This document shows, one piece after another, positions 1 to 11,700 of a stretch of DNA of 64,000 bases. The position numbers were made by a program, and so were the translations under genes. The number at the start of each line of letters is the position of its first letter. Positions within the stretch are counted from its first letter, which is position 1. Location of the stretch: the NCBI GenBank assembly GCA_002811645.1, contig PDIP01000044.1:1-64000 (forward strand). Reading direction: 5' to 3'. This DNA comes from Corallochytrium limacisporum Hawaii (lineage: Eukaryota > Protista > Pluriformea). The notes under the pieces are model-generated. The model made no database searches, was not told where the DNA came from, and saw only the letters and a program-made list of their open reading frames with translations.

Positions 1-96
1 CCGGGGGCTTCTCTCCCCCACCACCACACTCTCCGTTTACGAGGGGCGCTCCACACCACCAAGTTCTTAGAACCGACTTGCTACGCATTCATCTCC

Positions 97-125
97 CATC
101 GCATCGCATCGCATCGCATCGCATC
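97..125. repeat. (CATCG)n pentanucleotide tandem repeat, about 6 copies
   Basis: Seen directly: catcgcatcgcatcgcatcgcatcgcatc. Confidence 0.9.
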
Positions 126-1179
126 CACCACAGAACAATATCAAGTACCAAGGATAAATGTGGGGAGAGTGAGAAGAAGTGAGAAGGGAGGGGCGCACAC
201 GACCGAGGACACCGGGGGTGCGGCATGAGCGGGGCATGGGCGCTTGACTATCAAAGTAACCGGGGGTTTGGTGTCGAGCTGGTTGGTGGGGGTGTTGTTG
301 TGGTCAAATCCCATTCTAGGCAGCAGTTTGATATCGAATCATCCAATTAATAGGTGTATCGTCTATATCGAGTCTGCCACGAGTTGGGAACGAGGGTGTA
401 GTAGCTGTGGGGCGGCGGGATGTCCTTCTCTCTCTCTCTCTCTCACTCTCCCACCTTTCCTCTCGCTCTCTCTCTTCGATCTTCTCTCTTCTTCCCTCCC
501 CTCCCCCGGGGCCCCTTCTCTCCCTTCTTCTCGCCTCGACGACTCTAAAGCCTTGCCGGAGCTTTGCCTATGACTTTTCTATGAGCGCTTGGCAATTTTT
601 GCTCGTCACCCCTTTTACCGGCCCGCGCCTCTCTCTCACACACACACACTCTCTCTCTTGCGCTGTGTGCGTCCGCTGTGTTGTGCGCTCTGCACCTCTC
701 CCCCCCCCCTCCTTCTCCAATTCTAGATTCTGCTGCTGGACACCACCACCCCGCTCATCACTATTCGCCTAAGCCTATATATCTGTATGGCTTTTTTTGT
801 CTAAGTTGATCTGCTTTCTTTGCCCCGGGGCTTTTTTTTGTGGTGTGTTTTCCTCTCCCCCTTTCTTTGCGTCGCGCGACCTCGTGGAATGAAATGGCTT
901 GCCGTGGAATACTTCGAGAACGAACCCAAAATTTCAGAAAAGTGGGAACCTTTCCGTACACACAGAGAAGGCGGGGAGAGGAGGGCCACGAAAATGAGCA
1001 AAAATGACGAGTGTGTAGGTTGGGGGACCCCCCGCGGGGGGGGGGGGGTCAAAGAAAGAAGAAGAAAAGGAAAACGAGGACGTGGGCAGAGGACTCCCCC
1101 CGCCAAACGCCACAAAAAAAACGCGTACGTTTGAAAGGGGAAAAGAGGGAAAATAAGCCATGCGGGGTTTGTGTGGGCG

Positions 1180-1221
1180 GAGAGAGAGAGAGAGAGAGAC
1201 AGAGAGACAGAGAGAGAGAGA
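1180..1221. repeat. (GA)n microsatellite, interrupted; (CT)n tracts also near 426-450 and 630-657
   Basis: Seen directly. Confidence 0.85.
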
Positions 1222-1642
1222 ACCAAGGGAGAAAAGAGGAGGGGCAGGAAGGAAAAGGGGGAGGGGGGGCGTTCCGAAAAGGAAATTGAATGAGAACGTC
1301 CCCGGCGATATTAGCAAAATGGTAGCGAGCGGTGTAACGGTGCCGAAGGTTCTCGCGTCCCTTCTCCTCCGGGCGTGGCCAAGTGCCAATCAACGACAAG
1401 TGTATAGACACCCAGACACATATGTACGCACACAGTGGGGGCTGCTATGGTCTGTTGAACATGTGATGGCGTACTGGTGTTTGAATGATCCGGGTTCATG
1501 ACCTCAACGAGCTCAACAAGTATTTTCCCCACCAGCACAAAAGTGTCCGCGAGGTTTCGTTCTCATCCGGTCCTTTTCGTAGCCTTCAACGTTTCGGGAA
1601 AGTAGTTGATCTGTGGCAAGCCTCAAATATATCAGAGCCATT

Positions 1643-3154
1643 ATGAAGTTCGTCAGCTTTGTCGCAACCGTCACTGCCCTGGTCGGCACCGTGGCGGGCC
1701 AGGGCACTGTGGAGGATCTTGAACTGCGTTGGTTCATGGGCTCAGTCATGGCCACCCGTCGATCCGACATCTCCGCCACTGTGGTCGGTAACCTCGTTTT
1801 TGTCGTTGGTGGCTGTGTCGCTGACGCCGAGTATGTCACCTACGGGGAGGGCGATGATGCCTTCACCGTTGAGGTCTGCCCCGAGGTGTCGGGTCTGATC
1901 GAGCGCCTTGACACCAACACAGGCCAGTGGGAAACCATGAGCACCACTCTGGCCACTCCCCGAGCCCGCCACGCCACTGCAGCCGTCGGCAACAGTCTGT
2001 ACATCTGTGGTGGTCGCCCCGAAGGCGATGACTTTGGTCGTGCTATGGATTCATGCGAGATCTACAACACTGTTACCAACACGATCGCAGCGGGTCCCAC
2101 GTTCCCTGTGAAGGTCAGTGACTTTGCTGCCGTCGGCGTGGATGGGAAGGCCTTCTTCTTCGGTGGTTGGGAAAACGAGTACGCCTACACCTTTGACAAC
2201 GCTTACACTTTGAACAACAACGGGGATGGCTGGACTGAGATTGGTTCTCTGAACACGGGGCGCGGTGACTTTGGCGCCGCTGCAGACTCGGAAGGCAAGA
2301 TCTATGCCGTGGGCGGCTTCCACTTGCCTCAGGGATCCACCGACTTTGTAGCTGACCTGGTTGTTCTTGCAGACGTCGAGGTCCTGGATCCTACTGCCGA
2401 AAACCCAACCTGGGACAACAATGTCGTCAGTGAAATGGCCCAAGCTCGCGGTGACCAGGCTGTGGCTCCCATGCAGAATGGAGAGTTCATTGTTGCGGTT
2501 GGCGGTGAGCAGAAGGATGAGCTCTTCAACCACATCGCGACCTCCCATGCCGAGGTGCTGGATGTCACCTCCGGCAGTTGGACCACTATTGCGGACATGC
2601 CGTCTAACCGTTTCCGTTTTGCGGCTGTTGAAGACCCATCCACTGGCCATGTTCTTGTGATGGGCGGCCACAGTCAGGGCAAGGCCGTGCTCGACCTCAA
2701 CGAACGGTTGGTTGTCCAAGAGGGGTTGAACGCGGCCGAACTGACCACACTGACTGAGGACGGTCTCGAGGCCCTACATCGTTACTCTGTCAGCCACACG
2801 GCCATCTCCGACCAGCCGTTTGAGAAGCAAGAACTGCTCGCCGAGGTAGACAAGCGCATCAGTGAGGCCATTGCTGCTAACAATGAGGCCCAGGGAGACG
2901 ACCAGAATCCGTCTGAAAGTGAAGGTGACGATGATGACGACAACGACAGCGAAAAGGCCGAGAACATCGCAATTGCGGCAATTGTGATCTCCGTGATGAG
3001 CATGATTCTGTCGCCAGTCTTGGCCTACTTTGCGGCCCAGCGGGCGGTGCAGAACAACGTTGCTGCTCCCCGGCACTCCAAATTCGTCGATGTTGACATT
3101 CCCATGACCGACTCTGTCACCGGATCGGTAGCTGCTCCTAACCAGCAAGCATGA
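1643..3154 (+). CDS. Type I membrane protein with extracellular kelch beta-propeller
   Basis: ATG at 1643 (the track starts upstream at a GTG). Signal peptide MKFVSFVATVTALVGTVAG; about six kelch repeats (VFVVGG, LYICGG, AFFFGG, IYAVGG, IVAVGG, VLVMGG with downstream W/Y-D motifs); acidic stalk; one TM helix IAIAAIVISVMSMILSPVLAYFAA; short tail. Confidence 0.85.
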   Translation: MKFVSFVATVTALVGTVAGQGTVEDLELRWFMGSVMATRRSDISATVVGNLVFVVGGCVADAEYVTYGEGDDAFTVEVCPEVSGLIERLDTNTGQWETMSTTLATPRARHATAAVGNSLYICGGRPEGDDFGRAMDSCEIYNTVTNTIAAGPTFPVKVSDFAAVGVDGKAFFFGGWENEYAYTFDNAYTLNNNGDGWTEIGSLNTGRGDFGAAADSEGKIYAVGGFHLPQGSTDFVADLVVLADVEVLDPTAENPTWDNNVVSEMAQARGDQAVAPMQNGEFIVAVGGEQKDELFNHIATSHAEVLDVTSGSWTTIADMPSNRFRFAAVEDPSTGHVLVMGGHSQGKAVLDLNERLVVQEGLNAAELTTLTEDGLEALHRYSVSHTAISDQPFEKQELLAEVDKRISEAIAANNEAQGDDQNPSESEGDDDDDNDSEKAENIAIAAIVISVMSMILSPVLAYFAAQRAVQNNVAAPRHSKFVDVDIPMTDSVTGSVAAPNQQA

Positions 3155-3842
3155 TGTGAATGAATGGAGGGAAATCAAAACTATTTATATTACACACACA
3201 AGTATTGCTAGAAGTAGACAAGGTGGAAAAGACTGAGCAATGGAGAAACAGACGAGTAGAAGTGAAATATGAACTGCTACGGATACTTGCCTGGGTATTA
3301 TCGAGCAGATGTGCATCTCCTACGGTCGCAGCGAGCCCATGGCGATCGAACTATTCTTAGCATCCCCAACGTCACTACGCCATCCCCATGGTCATGCGAA
3401 CCTTGTGCACATAGTCCATGGGTCTTGAAAGCAATTTCAATATTTCAGCACTAAGCGAGGGTAATCTTTTCTCCATGCAATGTGTGTGCGTTCGGACGAG
3501 GCGTATGAACAAGATATACGACGTCCCCGCAACTCCGGTCACCTCACCACCGTCACCGGCCACAGACACCTGCCCCTATTGTTTGAAAGGAATCTAGCGG
3601 GACATTCTAAGATGCCACAGTAATAGCCAATTAAACCAAGTTTGCCTACTAAGCCAACTGTTTGGAACGCCACTCTCTGAGACCCTTTACATCGCTAGTA
3701 CGTGGGTGCTATGCGGAGCATCCAGCAGTTCTCGAAGGGGAAGCCGAAAACCCCCTTGCCATCTCCCCCTTTACCTCTGTAGTGTTCGTCCGGTGCGGCA
3801 CCTACGGCCCATGCCCCCCCCCCCCGGGGGGCCACCCCACGA

Positions 3843-4066
3843 NNNNNNNNNNNNNNNNNNNNNNNNNNNNNNNNNNNNNNNNNNNNNNNNNNNNNNNNNN
3901 NNNNNNNNNNNNNNNNNNNNNNNNNNNNNNNNNNNNNNNNNNNNNNNNNNNNNNNNNNNNNNNNNNNNNNNNNNNNNNNNNNNNNNNNNNNNNNNNNNNN
4001 NNNNNNNNNNNNNNNNNNNNNNNNNNNNNNNNNNNNNNNNNNNNNNNNNNNNNNNNNNNNNNNNNN
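3843..4066. other. Assembly gap (N run)
   Basis: Ns; gggccaccccac occurs on both flanks. Confidence 0.99.
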
Positions 4067-5023
4067 GGGCCACCCCACCAACCCCCCCCCTTGAGAACGA
4101 CTGTTCTAAAATTAGAACTCCCCCGGCTTCCCCTCTCCTCCCCTTCCCCACAAACGGCCCCCCCCCCCAACACCGGCACTGAGCGCTCTGGGCCACCCCC
4201 CTCTCCGGGGCCTTTGTGGTACCCGCAAGCAAGAGCGCCAGCGGGCAAAAACTCGCCACCCACCGCGAAACCCCAAAGGCTCAAGCCAAAGGCTGCGATA
4301 AAGGCCAAAGTAAAAAGCTAAGAAGGGAAAAATTCCCTCTGCCCGGGGGGGGGGGGCTCCCTGTGTGTGTGTGTGTCCTTTCGTGTCCCCTCCGGCGAGA
4401 TTCGGGAACGAGAGCCGCGCACTGATGCAACTGGGAAACCACTTTTTTCTTTTTCTTACGCAATTGTCCCTGGACCAGTTGGTTTCCCTTTTTTTTTTTT
4501 TTTGGTGTGTGTGTGGTTCCTTTGGTTTTTCTTTTTTTTTTTGACTTTGCTTTTGATCTGTGTTTTAGAGCCTCGCCCCCCCTTCTCCTCCACGGCACAA
4601 AGCAACCGCCCCAATTTTTTTTAAAGGGGCGGCGGCGGGTGGTATCCACCGACAAAGTTGCTAGTTGGTACGGTGGAAGGCGCGTTCTTGCTAATGGGTT
4701 CGCAGGTCAGGTTTCGTGTCTGCAGATCGGTCAGGAGAGCAGGTGTGCCTTGTGAAAGTGTTTCACCGCAGGGGTTTGTGTGCACCTGACCATGGCCCAT
4801 ATGAAAAGGTGGCAAATACTAGACACCTCATAATTGACATTGTGTGCGATAGTCATGGTTGTGCACAGTTATATTAAGGATCACGCTCCTTGGGTGTCGT
4901 CTGGACTGTCCTGCCTTTGCTGCATTGCATTTCTTGGGGTGTGCCAAAAATAGTCTGACCAAGTGAGAAAGAAAAGCAGCAAAGACAACCCCACGATTGT
5001 ACAAAATAACATTCACGGCAAAC

Positions 5024-6472
5024 ATGGCTGAGCGCGTCAACCATTTCAAGAGCCAGCTCGGCGGTGGTGGCAGCAGTGGTAGTAGCACCGTTACAATCAC
5101 TGACAACCGCACCGGGGAGAAGCGGGAGATTCCGATTGAGGAGGGTACCATTCCTGCGGGTGAGTTCCAGAAGCTGAAGATGCCCTTGCGTGTCTACGAT
5201 CCGGCATTTGGTAACACTGCAGTTTGCCGCAGCAAGATCTGCTTCATCGACGGCGACAAGGGTGTGCTCCTGTACCGCGGCATCCCTATTGAACAGCTTG
5301 CCCAGCACTCCAACTTCCTTGAGGTTGCGTACTTGCTGATCAATGGATCTCTGCCCAATGCCATGGAGTACAGCTTCTGGCAACAGAAGGTCATGCGTCA
5401 TACATTTGTTCACGAGACGCTCAAGACCATTCTCACGTCCTTCCGCTACGACGCCCATCCGATGGGAGTGCTCATGTCTGCTTTCAGCGCCATGGGCACC
5501 TTCCATCAGGAAGCTAACCCCGCTCTCCAGGGCTCCGACCTCTATCAGCGCTCCCGAGCAGTGCGCCTTAAACAGATCTACCGCATTCTCGGCAAGGCTC
5601 CTACTGCGGCAGCCATTGCCTACCGCGTGCGTATGGGGCGGCCCATCAACGATCCGTCGGACGGTCTCAGCTACACCTCTAATTTCTTGTACATGATGGA
5701 CCGTTTGAGCGAAGAGAACTACCAACCGAACCCACGTCTGGCCCGTGCCCTAGACATTCTCTTCATTCTGCATGCGGACCACGAGCTCAACTGTTCCACG
5801 GCTGCAGTGAGACACATCGCGAGCTCCAAGGTGGACCCTTACAGCGCCATGGCCGGAGGCATTGCCGCGCTCTACGGCCCGCTCCACGGCGGCGCCAACG
5901 AAGCTGTGTTGCGCATGCTGGAAGAGATTGGCAGCAAGGACAAGATTGCGCAGTTCCTGGACGACGTCAAGGCTCGCAAGCGCAAGCTCATGGGCTTTGG
6001 TCACCGCGTCTACCGCAACTACGATCCCCGCGCCAAAATTATTCGTCAGGTTGCGTACGATGTGTTTGACATTGTTGGCAGCGAGCCTCTGATTGAGGTT
6101 GCACAGGAGCTGGAGAAGCAGGCCCTGTCGGACGACTATTTTGTCAGCCGCAAGCTGTACCCCAATGTCGACTTCTATTCGGGCATCATTTACCGGGCTA
6201 TGGGCTTCCCCACGGACATGTTCCCGGTGCTCTTTGCCATCCCACGTATGGCGGGCTGGCTGGCACATTGGGAGGAGGCGCAGGTGGCCAAGGATGCGCA
6301 ACGCATTTGGCGCCCGCGTCAGATTTACGTCGGTCCAAAGAACATCGATTACGTCGACATGAACCATCGCCACACGAGCTCGGGCCACAGTTTGACATCC
6401 TACGATTCCAACTTTGGCCGTCGCACACGGGTCGCGACGTGGACAAAGAAGGGCAACAACTCTGCGCTGTAG
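5024..6472 (+). CDS. Citrate synthase, peroxisomal/glyoxysomal type
   Basis: Motifs [43 protein letters not shown]-terminal RVNHFKSQL fits PTS2; C-terminus is SAL. ATG at 5024. Confidence 0.95.
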   Translation: MAERVNHFKSQLGGGGSSGSSTVTITDNRTGEKREIPIEEGTIPAGEFQKLKMPLRVYDPAFGNTAVCRSKICFIDGDKGVLLYRGIPIEQLAQHSNFLEVAYLLINGSLPNAMEYSFWQQKVMRHTFVHETLKTILTSFRYDAHPMGVLMSAFSAMGTFHQEANPALQGSDLYQRSRAVRLKQIYRILGKAPTAAAIAYRVRMGRPINDPSDGLSYTSNFLYMMDRLSEENYQPNPRLARALDILFILHADHELNCSTAAVRHIASSKVDPYSAMAGGIAALYGPLHGGANEAVLRMLEEIGSKDKIAQFLDDVKARKRKLMGFGHRVYRNYDPRAKIIRQVAYDVFDIVGSEPLIEVAQELEKQALSDDYFVSRKLYPNVDFYSGIIYRAMGFPTDMFPVLFAIPRMAGWLAHWEEAQVAKDAQRIWRPRQIYVGPKNIDYVDMNHRHTSSGHSLTSYDSNFGRRTRVATWTKKGNNSAL

Positions 6473-6627
6473 GAAGGTGTCAGAGAGTGACAAGAAATGA
6501 TACCGAGCGGGGGCATGCCTGGCAGTCAACCACAGTCGACCAACGTGGACGTGATACTAGTAAACAACATGTTCATAAATTGCAACTTTTATTGTACACC
6601 TTTGTTGATTGACTGTTTCAAAAATTC

Positions 6628-7809
6628 TTAGTTTACCGACGATCGTAAGGAAAGGTCGTGCATGGGCAAGTTTTCATATTCGTGGGTTTGCGCGCCGCCG
6701 TTCGTGGTTGACGACCGACGTGTCCCGGAAGCCATGCTGAAGGACACTGACCGCGATAATGCACGCTTCTTGCGTTTCTTCGTGCCACACAGTCGACCGC
6801 CGTACCGATCCCGTACGACCTGCACCATGATGCTGCTATCCACCAAGATCTGAATCGCAGAACAGATGTAGAACTGTACCGGCGGATTCTTCAGGGTAAG
6901 GTAGTACAGCCTGAACAGATCGCCGGTCAGCCAACCCGCAATCATGCGCAAGCTCACGCCCTTGGCATGGCCAGCACGCCAATTGCTCATAAATTGCGGA
7001 ACGCCGATGGTCGATTCCAGCAACAATCCTACGGCGCCCAAGACATCAAAGAATCCCTGCACGTCCGCCAGGACAAGACACAGCAACCCCACGCCTGCGC
7101 TGAACAGTAAGAAAAAGATGACGTAGTCCTCAAACTCTGTCCAGTTCCAGAAATCTCTCCATCGTCCGTCAAAGATGGAACGCACAGGGCCTGTGTCATG
7201 CGCAAAGTGAGGCTGAGTGCGCGAATTGTGCGGCTGATGGCTACCGTTTGGTGTGGGTAGGTGAAGCCCAGTGCCGACAGTAGCGCTGCCAGGTCCACCT
7301 TCGTCATCGTCAGTTTGCGACGACAGCATATGGTCCGCAACAGCCGTGGCCCCTACCACATTGATCAAGCTCGATCTTCTGCTTCCTGGTACGGGAGTGT
7401 ACATGTTTCGCTGTTTGTTTACGGTCACACACAGATGCAGCAGTGCAAAGACCATGATTACCATCACAATGCTTTGCCAGAGCAGAGGCATCGCGAACGG
7501 AGACCCCAGCCAGAAGAAGATGCGCAATACGTGTGCTAGGAGTAAAATTAGACAAACATTGAGATTGAATCCATCTGTGTCCTGTCGTTTCGATATCCGA
7601 GAGTACTGTGGGTAAAATGCCACTGCGCCACCGAATATCATTCCCAAGTCGGCCATGAACTCAAACCCTGTCGCCATCCACACTGGGAAGATCGATGGCA
7701 GCTCCATTTGGGAGTCTGAGTCCTGTTGCTGTAGAGTTTGTATCTTTTTGAAAGCTCCATTGTTTGGGACTGCCTGTCCTACCAGGTCCCCTGCAACTGC
7801 AGGTGGCAT
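6628..7809 (-). CDS. PQ-loop membrane protein (SLC66A2/PQLC1, yeast Any1-like)
   Basis: Two PQ motifs (FYPQYSRI, GVPQFMSN), LRIFFW...LLWQS, FWNWTEFEDY, WLTGDLF; multiple TM helices. Confidence 0.85.
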   Translation of the reverse strand: MPPAVAGDLVGQAVPNNGAFKKIQTLQQQDSDSQMELPSIFPVWMATGFEFMADLGMIFGGAVAFYPQYSRISKRQDTDGFNLNVCLILLLAHVLRIFFWLGSPFAMPLLWQSIVMVIMVFALLHLCVTVNKQRNMYTPVPGSRRSSLINVVGATAVADHMLSSQTDDDEGGPGSATVGTGLHLPTPNGSHQPHNSRTQPHFAHDTGPVRSIFDGRWRDFWNWTEFEDYVIFFLLFSAGVGLLCLVLADVQGFFDVLGAVGLLLESTIGVPQFMSNWRAGHAKGVSLRMIAGWLTGDLFRLYYLTLKNPPVQFYICSAIQILVDSSIMVQVVRDRYGGRLCGTKKRKKRALSRSVSFSMASGTRRSSTTNGGAQTHEYENLPMHDLSLRSSVN

Positions 7810-8740
7810 TTTTCTGTATTAATGTGTGGCTCGCGTTTTGCTCACCATGCCATTGTTGCCTTGAAACATTTCCCGCTTTTATTGTCTCCTTGCATCTATG
7901 TTATCAGGTCCCAAAGAAGATGACGACTGTACTAATAAAACTCTTTTAAGTCTATCTTTGGCAAATCAACGTCGCAATGAGAAAAGAAGCCCTGGCTGAC
8001 CTGCAGCATGAAAAGGTTTTATATTACAATAATGCTTACCAGCGAGTAAGGCCTTAAAAACACGCGTTCTGATCACAGTAGGATCAATTAAGTACCAGGA
8101 GCAGAAAAAAGGGAGAAACATGCAGTAAACATAGAAACGGAACCAAGAATCCGAAACGGCGGCGAACGGAACCAATTCCTAATATGCGGCACACCGGAAC
8201 AAGCCCCGCCCCCCTCAACCCTAAGACCCCTGGGGGAGGTGGAGGTGAGGGCAAGAAATTGGACAAAAAGGCCGGGTGTTTTAGATAGCAGCCCGCGGGT
8301 TGTTGGGTACCGTGCCATTGAGAAACCCCGCGCGCCGCTTCCTTTCCTTCCACACCGCTCCGACCCGCCCCACTTCCAACCACCGGTCACCGCAAGGAGA
8401 AGGTGCCGAACCGGGGGAGGGGTGCGGTGGGGGGGGGTTGGAGGGAGGAGAGTACGAAGGCATTATCTATCCTATATACCCTGCCTTCCCCCTTGGAGTT
8501 TGGGCGGGGCGGCGGACGGGAAGTCCGAGGGCACATCTCCGCTGATGAAGCAGATGCTCTGTCTCTCTCGAAGGAAAGACGAAAGACGTTTTGGGCATTG
8601 TGCGGACATGATTGCGAACAAATTACATGACTCGTTTCCACAGCTTTTGAACATCTGTAATATAACATGACGCTTCTGAAAATATTCGATTCTCCTAACT
8701 ATTTTGTTGGTGGCAAAAACAACGGTGCGTCGTTTTTTGG

Positions 8741-11700
8741 CTATTCCGGTGCAGGTGACCGACTTCGACTACGGGTGCCCCTCAGGCGTGGCCGTTCCGG
8801 CGCAGACAGCTGAGCACTGCCGGAGGTTTCGTCCGGACTAGTGACACTCGTGCTCGGTGACATCTGCGTGTCCACAGGAGGCGACATGACCGCGTCCGAG
8901 CCGGGGGGACCCTGTGGCATTGGGGACGAGCTCCGACTTTGACTGCGCAGGACTCGGCCGTGAATCTGCAGTCCCTCAAGGGCTCGCTGTGCGCTCCACG
9001 GTTGGTAGGCTGCGGGGAAGCCAGTCTTGTCGTTGTCTGCGGGATTGCGCACAGCATTTTGGCTCTCAAAGGCTGAAGCGTACTCGGCTGCTGCCGTGGG
9101 GTCAAAGTAGTGGTCAGGTAGCTTGAACGATCCCGGACTGCGCAGAGATGGCCAAAACTTGGACTGGAAGCGGATGACCTGCCGCAGGGTGGAGGACGCA
9201 GTGTCGACAGGCGTCGTCCGATTGATCTGTGGATTCAATACCGGCGGGGGTGTGCCTTGCAGGGTGGCGAGCGAGGCCACAGCGGCGCCAGTGATGGCAT
9301 CGAGGTCATAGCCACCCTCCAAGGCCAGCACAACCTTGTCGTTGACCAATTCCATCATGCGCTTGGTCATGTGCGCGTAGCATTCAGGACGGACATGGTA
9401 GCCACCCAACTGGTCCCCCTCAGCAGCATCGTATCCTGCACTAATAAGAATCAAATCTGGTGCATAATCCTTGAGAATCGGAAGCAGGACGTACTCAAAG
9501 GCCGCCAGGTACTCTGTGTTACCCATGGCGTGCTTGCCACCGTTCCATGGAACATTAATGTTGAAACCTTCACCGTCCGAGATCCCGGCATCGCGCAGCT
9601 CACCCGTGAACGGATAGAACGCCCCGTTATCGTGGCGGTGTAGCGAAATGTACATAATGGTCGGGTCGTGGAACAAAATGTTCTGCGTACCATTGCCGTG
9701 ATGCACATCCCAGTCAAGGATGACGACCTTGCCCACGCCTAAATGCTGACGTGCGTACGCAGCGGCCAGGGCAACATTATTAAAGAAGCAGAAACCGAGT
9801 GCCTCCGCGCAGTCAGCGTGATGACCAGGGGGCCGTACGACAGCGAATCCATTGCGCGTCTCGCCCTTCACCACACTTTCCACGACGTTCAGAAGCGCAC
9901 CTGCACTTAGCCGTGCGGCGTACGGACTGGTAAATTTGTTGAAAACTGTGTCACAGGCAATGCCCGGACCGCCACATTCCATGACCTCCAAATCGGGCCA
10001 GGACACGGGCAGACGGTACGGGAAGCGTGCGTACCGATCAATATGCTCTTCACTATGGCAGAGCCGCAGTTCATCGAACGTAGCCTCACGTGGGAGAATG
10101 CGAGTACATTGGTCGAGAAGGCCTGCCTTCTCAAAGCCCGCGAGAATTGAGGCAATCCGTTCCGGACGTTCGGGGTGCCACAGCTCCGGCTCATCACACG
10201 TGCAGCAGTGTAGCATGGTGCGTGGTTCAGACACCAACGCAGTGCGGCGGGACGGATCGAGGACCATCTTGCCGAATGATCCGTCCAGGGTCTTGTTCTG
10301 GGTAGCCATGATGTCACCTCCGTGGGTCAAAATAGCCTTGCGAAGATTTTGCCAGTGCTCATCGCTCTCCAAGCCCATTGGTCCCACACGCATAGGCAGA
10401 ACCTTGCCATGGTATTTGCGTTCGTTCTCTGCCGCCATAGCGCCTTTTTTGCCTCCTTTCTTGGTCTCTTCGTTCTTCTTGCTGTTCTTTGAGCCCGAAA
10501 TCGAGCTGGCATCTAAAGACCCTGCTTCGCGTGGGTGTACGCGGGAAACAGGAATCCATTCATCCAATTCAGGACCCCAGCCCTCGTAGTGTACAAAGAC
10601 TTTATCCTGGCCCAGCGCACGCAGCCTTGCAGCCCAGAGAATGCGCGACGGGGGAATGTAGTCTGGTGTCTCGGGTTTGGCTTTGGTGTTATTGTTCTTA
10701 CCGTTCTTCTTCTTAGACTTCTTGTCGGTATCCATAAGATCCTCTTCTTCCTCGACTTCCTCTTCATCGAGAAAATCATCAGAATCGTCAGATTCATCGA
10801 GTTTCAGGTCACCCACAATTGACGATGACACGCAGACGGCGTCACCAATTTTAAATGTGGCTCCTTCACCCAATATGCGCATGGTTTCCGTGAATTCCCA
10901 TCGCAACCTCTCAGCTTCGTCCGGGTCGTTGACGTTCATGGCACTCAGGCTCAGTTCCAGCGCAGCGCTCTCGCGATCAGTGGCGCGTGTGTCGACTTCC
11001 TCCTCCGGCGGTTTGCGACGGTGGAACAGTGGTGGCGTCTTTGACCGTGTGCCGCTCCACGGCTTATTCAGGGCCGTCGTTGAGCCAGTGCGACGGATGT
11101 CAAGCCCCCTGCTCATGCCAGCGATGTTCCCACTGGACTGTGAGTGCTGTCCCAAAGCAGTCCTGGTATCATAGCCACGGGCTTTGAGGAAGCTGTCGAA
11201 GGCGTCATCGCTGGTACCCAACGGTCCACCAAAGCCGACGTCGCTCTGTGTTCGTGCGATGTTGCCGCTTTCGTACTGATTCCGGAGTCCAATACCACGC
11301 TTTCTGTTGTTGAGTGACACCTGACGCGGAGTCTCGTCGGAGTCATCCAGGATAATCTCATCGGCATGGTCCATTCTATCTGGCACGTATCCGCGTCTAG
11401 CGTCCTTTTCGGGGATCTCTGCGCCTGGGAGTACCTCTCCTAGTTCTGCCTGCTCTTGCATGGCCTGCAGTTTCAGTAAGGTCTGTTCATGGAAACCAAG
11501 GCACTTAGATGAATTGCGTCGGCGCTTCGCAACAGAGGCAATGTTGTCATGACTCACAGCCTTCTCCTGTTCTTCCAGTCCCGTGGGTCGACGGTACCGA
11601 GGCAACATTGGGCTTCGAGATCCCGATGGCAGGTCTTCGTTGAGGAGCGCCAATCCAAGGGGAGGATTACTCTTGTACGGGGCAGGTGAGCCGATGACGC

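Noticed and set aside
244-1540. Overlapping ORFs upstream of the kelch gene
   Set aside because: Low-complexity CT/GA and homopolymer sequence with no recognisable protein
4874-6529. Long antisense ORFs over citrate synthase (similar ones over HDAC, CHD1, bHLH, POLR3B and NOP9)
   Set aside because: Expected shadows of GC3-biased coding sequence
8535-8590. CTGATGA...GAAA hammerhead-like core
   Set aside because: Stem II does not start next to CTGATGA and no stem I can be formed
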